Assembly: GCA_965232515.1 (NCBI GenBank)
Contig: CBDDPY010000002.1
Location: 5,184,001-5,248,000 of the forward strand
DNA length: 64,000 nt
Direction of reading: 5' to 3'
DNA from: Alphaproteobacteria bacterium
GTDB lineage: Bacteria > Pseudomonadota > Alphaproteobacteria > GCA-2731375
Under the pieces are notes generated by a model, which worked only from the letters and a program-made list of their open reading frames with translations, was not told the DNA's origin and did not search any database. This document shows, in pieces, positions 9,823 through 17,823 of the stretch. Every line of letters starts with the position of its first letter. The first letter of the stretch is position 1. The position numbers and the translations under genes were made by a program.

Positions 9823-10041
9823 ATGGCCGAACGGGAATTCGATCAGGAAGACCAGCCGCTGTTTCTGGTCATGGGCGGTGAGGTAACGGACCCGCGCGGG
9901 GCGCAATTCGTCGATCTCAACCAAATCGACGTCCGCGGCGTCTACGGCAATTACGACGACGCCTTCGCCGCTTGGCGCGGCGCCGCCCAGGAAACGGTCG
10001 ATAACGCGTTTATGAAATACATGATCGTACGTCTGCGCTAA
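9823..10041 (+). CDS. DUF4170 domain protein
   Basis: LVMGGE...AWRGAAQETVDNA pattern; GGAG before ATG 9823. Confidence 0.8.
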   Translation: MAEREFDQEDQPLFLVMGGEVTDPRGAQFVDLNQIDVRGVYGNYDDAFAAWRGAAQETVDNAFMKYMIVRLR

Positions 10042-10132
10042 TTTCGGCTCTCTTGGCGTTGGGGCGCCGCTCGGGGCATACTGGGCGGGCCGAGCGCAAT
10101 CATCCCTGCAAGAAAGCCTAAAAGGACGCCTG

Positions 10133-11722
10133 ATGCGTGATCTACAGCTGCCCGGACGCTCCGCCATCCATGCCGTGAACGGGGTGGCCGCCACCTCGCA
10201 CCCGCTGGCGACGCTGGCCGCCATCGATATCCTGCGGCAGGGCGGCAATGCCGTCGACGCGGCGGTCTGCGCCTGCGCCGTGCAGTGCGTGGTCGAGCCC
10301 ATGTCGACGGGCATCGGCGGGGATTGCTTCGCGCTGTACGTGCCGGGCGGTCAGGGCGAGGTGATCGGCCTGAACGGTTCCGGCTGGGCGCCGAAGGATC
10401 TGAGCGCCGAGTGGCTGCTGGAGCAGGGCCAGGACAGCATCGGGCTGTTGAGCCCGCACGCCGTCACCGTGCCGGGCGCGATCGATGCCTGGGCCACGTT
10501 GCTCGCGGATCACGGTACCATGGGCCTCGACAAGCTGCTGCAGCCGGCCATCGACTATGCCGAGAACGGCTGGGCCATCACGCCGCGCGTGGCGCATGAC
10601 TGGCAGCGCAACGAAGAGAAGATGGCGGCCGAGGCGTCGTCGGCCGAACAGTTCCTGATCGACGGCCGGGCGCCGCGGGCGGGCGAACGCTTCCATTCGC
10701 CCAAGCTGGCCCAGACCCTGCGCCGGATCGCCGCCGAGGGCCGCGACGGTTTCTATACCGGACCTGTTGCCGAGGATATCGTCAGTTATCTGAACGCCAA
10801 GGGCGCGCGCCACAGCCTGGACGATTTCGCCGAGCAGCGGGCGGAATACGTGACGCCCATCGCCACCAACTATCGCGGCTATGACATCTATCAGATCCCG
10901 CCGAACGGCCAGGGCATCACCGCGCTGATCATGCTGAACATCCTGCAGGGTTATGACATCGCCGGGATGGATCCGGTCGGCGTCGAGCGCCTGCATCTCG
11001 AGACCGAGGCGGCACGGCTCGCCTTCGCCGCCCGCGACCGCTATGTGGCGGATCAGCGCTATGCCGACGTGCCGGTGAAGAAGATGCTGTCGGCCGAGTT
11101 CGCCGACGAGCTGCGTGGCCAGATCGATCCGACCAAGGCGATGGCCGAGGCCGGCGCCGCCACCGGGCCGGTCTATCGCGACACGATCTACCTGACCGTG
11201 GTCGACAAGGACCGCAACACCTGCTCGTTCATCAACTCGCTCTATTTCGCCTTCGGCTCGGGCCTGACGGCGCCCGAAAGCGGCGTCGTGCTGCAGAACC
11301 GCGGCGCCGGTTTCCGGGTGGAGCCGGGCCATCCGAACAATGTCGAGGGCCGCAAGCGGCCGATGCACACGATCATCCCCGGCATGTGCATGAAGGACGG
11401 CAAGGTGATCAATTCCTACGGCGTCATGGGCGGGGGCTATCAGCCGGTCGGCCACAGTCATGTGCTGACCAACATGATCGACTACGGCATGGACCCGCAG
11501 GAGGCGGTGGACTGCGCCCGCGTGTTCCATGTCGCCGGCAAGCTCGATGTCGAGCGCGGCGTGCCGAAACCGGTGATGGACGGCCTGGCGGCGCTCGGCC
11601 ACGAGGTGCAGCATCCGGACATGCCCTGGGGCGGCGGCCAGATCATCCAACTCGACTGGGAGAACGGCACCCTGGTCGGCGGTTCCGATCCGCGGAAAGA
11701 CGGCTGCGCCATCGGCTACTGA
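10133..11722 (+). CDS. Gamma-glutamyltransferase-family Ntn-hydrolase (YwrD/HpxW-like, no signal peptide)
   Basis: GGNAVDAA, GIGGD, PPNGQG, autocleavage DTIYL, KRPMHTIIP, SDPRKDG. Confidence 0.9.
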   Translation: MRDLQLPGRSAIHAVNGVAATSHPLATLAAIDILRQGGNAVDAAVCACAVQCVVEPMSTGIGGDCFALYVPGGQGEVIGLNGSGWAPKDLSAEWLLEQGQDSIGLLSPHAVTVPGAIDAWATLLADHGTMGLDKLLQPAIDYAENGWAITPRVAHDWQRNEEKMAAEASSAEQFLIDGRAPRAGERFHSPKLAQTLRRIAAEGRDGFYTGPVAEDIVSYLNAKGARHSLDDFAEQRAEYVTPIATNYRGYDIYQIPPNGQGITALIMLNILQGYDIAGMDPVGVERLHLETEAARLAFAARDRYVADQRYADVPVKKMLSAEFADELRGQIDPTKAMAEAGAATGPVYRDTIYLTVVDKDRNTCSFINSLYFAFGSGLTAPESGVVLQNRGAGFRVEPGHPNNVEGRKRPMHTIIPGMCMKDGKVINSYGVMGGGYQPVGHSHVLTNMIDYGMDPQEAVDCARVFHVAGKLDVERGVPKPVMDGLAALGHEVQHPDMPWGGGQIIQLDWENGTLVGGSDPRKDGCAIGY

Positions 11723-11729
11723 GCCGCCG

Positions 11730-13298
11730 ATGACATCAGCGCCACCCTTCGCCACGCCCGGCGCGGCGCTGGCGCGGATGGCGGCCGAACGCGGCGCGGA
11801 AGAAGCGCTCGCCTTTCCGCAACAGGATGCGCGGCTGACGTTCGCCGCGTGGCATGAACAGGCCGCGGCGCTGGCGCGCGGACTGAGGGCGCGCGGCCTC
11901 GGTTCCGGCGATCATGTCGCGCTGCTGGCCGAGAACCGGATCGAATGGCCGGTCGTGCAGCTCGCCGTCGCGCTGATGGGCGGCGTGCTGGTGCCACTGA
12001 ACACCCACTACGGCCGCGACGAGCTCCGCTACGCGCTTGAACAGTCTGACAGCCGGGCGCTGATCCGGTCCGACGGCTTCCGGGGTCATGATTACGCGGG
12101 CGCGATAGCCGATATCCGCGCCGATCTGCCGCTGCTGGCGCACGACATCTCGCTCGACGACGGGGGCTACGCCGCGCTGCTGGCGGCGGGCGCCGAGAGC
12201 GACATGGCACTGCCCGAGGTAGCGGCCGACGATCTTGCGGCTTTGCTCTACACGTCGGGCACCACCGGCGTGCCAAAGGGCGCGTTGCTGACGCACCGGG
12301 CCATGCTGACCGACGCCTGGATCTCCATGCAGCGGCTGCAGGCCCGGCCCGGCGACCGCTGGACCTCGATGATCCCGCTGTTCCATTGCTCCGGCTCGAT
12401 CTTCAACATCCTCGGCTGTCTGGTCAGCGGCGCCGCGTTCATCGGCGTCTCCGGCTTCGATTCGGCCGAGATGTCCGCGCTGGTCGAGGCCGAGCGCTGC
12501 ACCGGCTTCACCGGCGTGCCGACCGCCTATGTCGCCATGCTGCGCTATGTGCAGGAGACGCGGCACGACCTGTCGTCGCTCAGGGTCGGCGTGTCCGGCG
12601 GCGCCGGCCCCGATCCGGCGGTGCTGCGCGGCTGCGAGAAGAACCTGCCGATCGGCGCGCTGGTCCAACTCTACGGCCTGACCGAGACCAGCACGGCGGT
12701 CACCATCCCGGCGCCCGACAGCCCGCGCCGCTGCGAGAATGCCGGCCCGCCGCTCGACGGCGTCGGCCTGCGCATTGCCGAGCCCGAGTCGGATGCGGCG
12801 CTGCCGGTCGGTCAAATCGGCGAGATCCAGGTGCGGGGACCGACGGTGATGTCGGGCTACTACAAGATGCCGGACGCGACGGCCGCGGCCTTCACGCCGG
12901 ACGGCTGGCTGAAGACCGGCGATCTCGGATTCCTCGACGAAGCGGGCGAGCTGCACGTCTCGGCCGGGCGCCTGACGGACATGCTGATCCGCGGTGGCGA
13001 GAACGTCTATCCGGCCGAGATCGAGCGCGCGCTGCACAGTCATTTCGCGGTCGGCGAGGCGGCCGTATTCGGCCTGCCCGACGACTATTACGGCGAGGTG
13101 CCGGCGGCCGCCCTGCGTCTCGACGCCATCGCCCGCGCCGAAGACCTCGCCGCTTACTGCGCCGAGTGCCTGGCCGGCTACAAAGTGCCGGTGCGGTTCT
13201 TCACGGTTGAAGACTTCCCGATCAACGCCGGCGGCAAGATCCGCAAGGACGTCCTGCGCGAACGCGCCCTTGCCGGCGAGCTGAGCGATCTGGAGTAG
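11730..13298 (+). CDS. AMP-dependent acyl-CoA ligase (ANL family)
   Basis: YTSGTTGVPKG, YGLTE, TGDLG, RGGENVYP, GKIRK. Confidence 0.88.
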   Translation: MTSAPPFATPGAALARMAAERGAEEALAFPQQDARLTFAAWHEQAAALARGLRARGLGSGDHVALLAENRIEWPVVQLAVALMGGVLVPLNTHYGRDELRYALEQSDSRALIRSDGFRGHDYAGAIADIRADLPLLAHDISLDDGGYAALLAAGAESDMALPEVAADDLAALLYTSGTTGVPKGALLTHRAMLTDAWISMQRLQARPGDRWTSMIPLFHCSGSIFNILGCLVSGAAFIGVSGFDSAEMSALVEAERCTGFTGVPTAYVAMLRYVQETRHDLSSLRVGVSGGAGPDPAVLRGCEKNLPIGALVQLYGLTETSTAVTIPAPDSPRRCENAGPPLDGVGLRIAEPESDAALPVGQIGEIQVRGPTVMSGYYKMPDATAAAFTPDGWLKTGDLGFLDEAGELHVSAGRLTDMLIRGGENVYPAEIERALHSHFAVGEAAVFGLPDDYYGEVPAAALRLDAIARAEDLAAYCAECLAGYKVPVRFFTVEDFPINAGGKIRKDVLRERALAGELSDLE

Positions 13299-13301
13299 GC
13301 G

Positions 13302-14147
13302 TCAGCCGGCGTTTATCTGGGCCAGCATGGCCTGTGTGATCCGGGCGTCGCCGTCGGCGGCGTCGAGCAGCAGGGTGAAATGGTCGGCGCCCTCGATGGT
13401 CAGGTAGTCGGCCGTCGCGCCGGCGGCCTCGCAGGCGCCGGCATAGGCGCGTGACTGCTGCTGCCAGCCCTCGGGCTCGGCCCCGCCGGCGGCGATCAAC
13501 AGCGGCAACGTTTGCAGCGGCGGTTGGCGCACGCAGTCGTTTCGCACGGCCATCGCGTGGTCCAACCGCACATCGGCATTGACCGACGTGTGCATCACTA
13601 CTTCCGGCTCGTAGATGCCGCTCAAGCAGGCTGCGCCCCGGATCAGCGGCAGCGAGGCCGCGTCGTTCAACAGCATCGCCGCCAGATGCGCGCCCGCCGA
13701 ATGGCCGGCGACGTAGATCCGCTCGGGATCGCCGCCGTAGGTCGCGATATTGGCCGCCGTCCAGGCCAGGCCCGCGCGCACCTCCTCGACAATGACGTCG
13801 AGCGTCACGTCGGGGCAGAGGTCGTAATTGACGCTGACATGCGTGACGCCGGCCGCCACCATGGGCGGCGCCAGGAAGCTGTGATCCGATTTGTCGAGCA
13901 GACGCCAGAAGCCGCCATGGATGAAGAATTGCACCGGCGCCCCATTGCCGGCCGGGAAGATATCGAGCGTTTCCTTCGGCCGCGCGCCGTAGCGGATATC
14001 GAGCTGGCCGTCGACCCGCGCCCGGGCGGCCTCGGATTCGGCGGCGAAGCGGGCGATCTTGTCCGACGCGTCGGCGACGGCGACGCGCGGGTTGAAATGC
14101 CGCTCGATCTCGTCGTCGGGCGCGTTGCGCCAGTCGAAGCGCATCAT
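13302..14147 (-). CDS. Alpha/beta hydrolase, arylformamidase (kynurenine formamidase)-like
   Basis: HGGFW oxyanion motif, GHSAGAHL nucleophile elbow, DHF. Confidence 0.8.
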   Translation of the reverse strand: MMRFDWRNAPDDEIERHFNPRVAVADASDKIARFAAESEAARARVDGQLDIRYGARPKETLDIFPAGNGAPVQFFIHGGFWRLLDKSDHSFLAPPMVAAGVTHVSVNYDLCPDVTLDVIVEEVRAGLAWTAANIATYGGDPERIYVAGHSAGAHLAAMLLNDAASLPLIRGAACLSGIYEPEVVMHTSVNADVRLDHAMAVRNDCVRQPPLQTLPLLIAAGGAEPEGWQQQSRAYAGACEAAGATADYLTIEGADHFTLLLDAADGDARITQAMLAQINAG

Positions 14148-15130
14148 CCGGCCTCGGGATAGCAGCCGCCCTCGCGGGCCCGCTGACGGGTGAGGTAGTA
14201 GACCAGCTCGATGGTCGGCGTCGGCTCGTCGACCAGGCGGCCGAGTTCGATCACCGCGCCGGTCAGCGCCTCCAGCTCCATCGGCCGGCCCAGCTCCAGG
14301 TCCTGCAGCATCGAGGTCTTGTGCGCGCCGACCTCCTTCGCGGTCTCGATCCGCGCCTCAACCGACAGCGCGAAGCGCACGCCCAGCTTCTCGCCGATGC
14401 GCTTGGCCTCCTCCATCATGCGGCCGACCACGACGCGGGTGCCGTCGTCGCTGGCGATGGTCTCCAGCGTCGCCTGCGTCAGCACGCTGACCGGGTTAAA
14501 CGACAGGTTGCCCCACAGCTTCATCCAGATCTCGTCGCGGATTTTCTTCTTCACCGGCGCCTTGATGCCGGCCGCGATCATTGCCTCGCTCAGCGCCACC
14601 ACCCGGTCCGAGCGGCTGCCGTCCGGCTCGCCCAGCGGCGTCCGATTGCCGTGGTTCAGCTGCACGACGCCAGGCTCGACGATTTCGGCGGCCTGCCAGA
14701 TCACCGTGCCGATGGCGCGTTCCGGGCCGATGCCGCGCCACTGCACGCCGCCGGGATCGACGCTCTCCAGGCGCTGGCCCTCCAACGGCCCCTCGAATTT
14801 GTAGAAGTACCACCAGGGCACGCCGTTCATGGCCGTGACGATGGCGGTCTCGGGGCCCAGCAGCGGCTGCATCTGCTCGACCACGCCCGGCACCGAATGG
14901 GCTTTGAGGGCGATGATTACGTAGTCCTGCGGCCCCAGGTCCGCGGGATTGTCGGAGCAGTTCGGATGTACCGTGAACCGTTCTTCCTCGGTGATCAGCG
15001 TCAGGCCGTTCTCGCGCATGGCCGCCAGGTGCGGGCCGCGGGCGATCAAGGAGACCTCGACGCCGCTGCGCGCCAGCATGGCGCCGATCTGGCCGCCGAT
15101 CGCGCCGGCGCCGTAAATGCAGACTTTCAT
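14144..15130 (-). CDS. Ketopantoate reductase family protein; probable PanE2-type oxalyl-CoA reductase
   Basis: GAGAIGG, MNGVPWWYF, KLWGN, KTSMLQD; lies immediately downstream of an oxalate-CoA ligase-like gene. Confidence 0.82.
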   Translation of the reverse strand: MKVCIYGAGAIGGQIGAMLARSGVEVSLIARGPHLAAMRENGLTLITEEERFTVHPNCSDNPADLGPQDYVIIALKAHSVPGVVEQMQPLLGPETAIVTAMNGVPWWYFYKFEGPLEGQRLESVDPGGVQWRGIGPERAIGTVIWQAAEIVEPGVVQLNHGNRTPLGEPDGSRSDRVVALSEAMIAAGIKAPVKKKIRDEIWMKLWGNLSFNPVSVLTQATLETIASDDGTRVVVGRMMEEAKRIGEKLGVRFALSVEARIETAKEVGAHKTSMLQDLELGRPMELEALTGAVIELGRLVDEPTPTIELVYYLTRQRAREGGCYPEAG

Positions 15131-15131
15131 G

Positions 15132-16655
15132 TCAAGCCAGTCCCAGTTTCTCGGCGAGGCCGATACGTTGCAGTTTTCCCGTTGCGCCCTTCGGGATCTC
15201 GTCGAGGATCAAGAGCTTGCGCGGCACCTTGAAGTCGGCGAGGCGTTCGCCCGCGAAGGCGCGGATCTCGGTCTCGGCGGCGCTGGCGCCTTCTTCCAGC
15301 ACCACCGCTGCGGCGACATCCTCGCCCAGCTTGTCGTGTGGCACCGCGAAGGTCACGGCCTGGGCCACGGCCGGGTGGTCCAGCAGGATCTCGTCGACCT
15401 CGCGCGGGCTGATCTTCTCGCCGCCGCGATTAATGATCTCCTTCAGCCGGCCGGTGATCGTGAGGTAGCCGTCGGCGTCCAGCACGCCCTGGTCGCCGGT
15501 GCGGAACCAGCCGTCGCGGAAGCCGTCGGCGTTCGCCGCCGGGTTTTCCAGATAGCCCGCGGTCACGTTCGGCCCGCGGATCACCACCTCGCCGACGCCG
15601 CCCTGCGGCAGCAGGCCGCCGTCCTCGGCCATGATGGCGATCTCGGGGCCGGCCGCCGGGCCGACGGTGCCGGGCTTGCGCGCGCCCGGCGGCAGCAGGT
15701 TCGAGGCCATCTGGTGCGCCGCCTCGGTCATGCCGTAGCTCTCGATCACCGGAGCCGAGAAGGTCTCCTCCAGCGCCGCCATCACCTGCGGCGGCAGCGA
15801 CGACGAGGACGAGCGGATGAGACGCAGCGGATTGGCGGCGATGACCTCGGCATTGCGGCCGGCGCGGGTCAGGATGGCCTGATGCATGGTCGGCACGGCC
15901 GTGTACCAGGTCGGCTTGATCTCGCTCAGCCAGGCAAAGAATTTCAGCGCATTGAAGCCCGGCGTGCACCAGACCGAGCCGCCGGCCGCCAGGCTCGACA
16001 GCACGGCGGCAATCAGGCCATGGATGTGGAACAGCGGCATGATGTTCAGGCAGCGGTCGCCGGGACCCAGTTGCAGGGTCGCGCCGATATGCGCCGCCGA
16101 CGCCGTGACGTTGCGGTGCGACAGCGGCACCATCTTCGGCCGCGACGTGGTGCCCGACGTGTGCAGGATCAGGGCGACATCGTCGGCGTCGACCGGTTCG
16201 GGCGCGCCGCCGTCGACCGCCGCGCCGCCGCTCAGGCTGAAGGCGCCGGCGGGTCCGGCCGGATCGGGCGTCAGGGTCAGCACCTGGATGCAGTGCTTCG
16301 CCGCAACCTCGCGGGCGGGTGTTTCCATGCCGTCCTGCACCACCAACGCCTTCGCTTTCAAATCGCTGAGGTAGAAGTCGAATTCCTCGGCCCGATAGGC
16401 CGGGTTCAGCGGCGCCGTGGTCGCGGTGCAGGCGATGGCCACGAAGGCCGCCGCCATCTCCGGACCGTTGGGGCAGACGATCGCCACCCGGTCGCCACGG
16501 CCGATGCCGGCGGACGCCAGGGCCGATCCGGTCGCGGCGGCAAGCGTCCGCAGCGCGCCATAGGACATCGGCGACCGCTCCGGCGCACCGATCGCGGGGG
16601 CTTCGGCGTTGGCGGTGGCCGCGATCAGATCGGTGACGGTCGTGGCGTCTGGCAT
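15132..16655 (-). CDS. Acyl-CoA synthetase, oxalate--CoA ligase (AAE3/Oxs-like)
   Basis: LHTSGTTSRPK, MPLFHIHGL, WYTAVPTMHQ, YGMTEAAHQMASN are typical of oxalyl-CoA synthetases; alternative start at 16664. Confidence 0.82.
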   Translation of the reverse strand: MPDATTVTDLIAATANAEAPAIGAPERSPMSYGALRTLAAATGSALASAGIGRGDRVAIVCPNGPEMAAAFVAIACTATTAPLNPAYRAEEFDFYLSDLKAKALVVQDGMETPAREVAAKHCIQVLTLTPDPAGPAGAFSLSGGAAVDGGAPEPVDADDVALILHTSGTTSRPKMVPLSHRNVTASAAHIGATLQLGPGDRCLNIMPLFHIHGLIAAVLSSLAAGGSVWCTPGFNALKFFAWLSEIKPTWYTAVPTMHQAILTRAGRNAEVIAANPLRLIRSSSSSLPPQVMAALEETFSAPVIESYGMTEAAHQMASNLLPPGARKPGTVGPAAGPEIAIMAEDGGLLPQGGVGEVVIRGPNVTAGYLENPAANADGFRDGWFRTGDQGVLDADGYLTITGRLKEIINRGGEKISPREVDEILLDHPAVAQAVTFAVPHDKLGEDVAAAVVLEEGASAAETEIRAFAGERLADFKVPRKLLILDEIPKGATGKLQRIGLAEKLGLA

Positions 16656-16772
16656 CGCATGCACCTTGCAATGGGCTGTGGACGGGACGGTCGGGCGGTC
16701 GCCGGCCGCGTGACTGGAAATAGCATGCTTTCGCCGGCGGGCGGAAGCAACCGCCGTTCACCGGATGCTCAC

Positions 16773-16800
16773 TTGCAAACCGGACCGAAAACCCCACTAT
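16773..16800 (+). promoter_or_regulatory. Putative sigma70-type promoter for the small membrane protein
   Basis: TTGCAA-N16-CACTAT. Confidence 0.35.
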
Positions 16801-16882
16801 CCATCGTGTGCACAGCTCGCCCTTGGCGATCGTTCTGTGCCTGCCAGCGGGGCGAACCGTGCCGCGAACCACGGAGCTGGCT

Positions 16883-17014
16883 ATGACCAACGAAACCAGA
16901 CAGACGATGTACTGGACCCTTGGGATCGTTGCCGCCCTGATTGCCGTCGTGGCGGTCCTCTATGGACTGGGCGTTGTCGACACGGCCACGATGCAGGGGA
17001 CAGCGGCCGAATAG
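16883..17014 (+). CDS. 43-aa single-TM small protein
   Basis: GGAG SD; MTNETRQTMYWTLGIVAALIAVVAVLYGLGVVDTATMQGTAAE; GC-biased third positions. Confidence 0.65.
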   Translation: MTNETRQTMYWTLGIVAALIAVVAVLYGLGVVDTATMQGTAAE

Positions 17015-17024
17015 GTCGACGCCG

Positions 17025-17044
17025 GCGTCCCGGAACCGGGACGC
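17025..17044. terminator. GC-rich hairpin between convergent genes
   Basis: GCGTCCCGG-AA-CCGGGACGC perfect inverted repeat. Confidence 0.45.
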
Positions 17045-17082
17045 GGTATCGTTAGCGACGTTTTTTGGCGCTGATTTGTCGG

Positions 17083-17520
17083 CTAAACCAACCGGCCGAT
17101 GGCGTCGGCGGGACCGATGATGGCGACATCCTGGCCTGACGCCCGGCGGTAAGCGTCGCGGCCGTCGCGCACATGTGCCGGGACGGTGTCGCGTCGCTCG
17201 GGCATTACCTCCTGGGCGATGACCTGGGCGACGAAACCGCTGGAAGGCAAGCCGAACAGGCCTGCCAGGACCGGACGCGGCTGCGCGGCCGGGATCGGCG
17301 CGCGGGCGGCTCGAGGATCGATCGTCGCCTCGCGCGCCGCTGCCGTTCGTTGCCGCGTGCCGGCGCTGCCGTCGGAATGCTGAAAACGCGCGAACGACTC
17401 CTGCTGCCCCGCGGTTTTTACCTGCGGAGCGGTCGGCGGCACTACCGGCACATAATGTGCCTGTTGTACGTGCGATGTGTCGATCGGCGTCACTGGACCG
17501 GCAATGGTGTTTGGGTTCAA
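17083..17520 (-). CDS. Hypothetical protein (disordered N-terminus, FVAQVIAQE/AYRRA C-terminal motif)
   Basis: 145-aa ORF from TTG filling the gap before the AT-rich region. Confidence 0.55.
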   Translation of the reverse strand: MNPNTIAGPVTPIDTSHVQQAHYVPVVPPTAPQVKTAGQQESFARFQHSDGSAGTRQRTAAAREATIDPRAARAPIPAAQPRPVLAGLFGLPSSGFVAQVIAQEVMPERRDTVPAHVRDGRDAYRRASGQDVAIIGPADAIGRLV

Positions 17521-17823
17521 CCGAGGTATATAGGTCGACGTTTGTTAAAATTGTAGGCAAATTCGATAGTTTTTGTCGAACATATTTTACGGTTAATTTC
17601 CATTAACCTGAATGCCGATTAATATTAATATGTTGATTTATGAATTTACCCTAATATTTGTTTCCTATATATATTTGAATAAGCACAAATTAGGCTGAAT
17701 ATTTAGGGGTTTTTGTTTCCGACAACTATAAAATCAACAGTAGCGCAGGCATGAAATTTCGCCTTTTTTAACCCCTGGAATCGTAACCTCACACGTGTTT
17801 TCGACCGCCAATGCAATCGATCA
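17521..17823. promoter_or_regulatory. Strongly AT-rich divergent promoter region with TTAACC half-sites
   Basis: GGTTAAT-N4-ATTAACC inverted repeat at 17591-17608, several TTAA words, GAATC site; sharp compositional contrast with flanks. Confidence 0.6.

Noticed and set aside
7754-10314. 667-aa and 494-aa ORFs suggesting fused or extended transporters
   Set aside because: The extensions are off-frame read-through of neighbouring genes; the real DMTs start at 8707 and 9744
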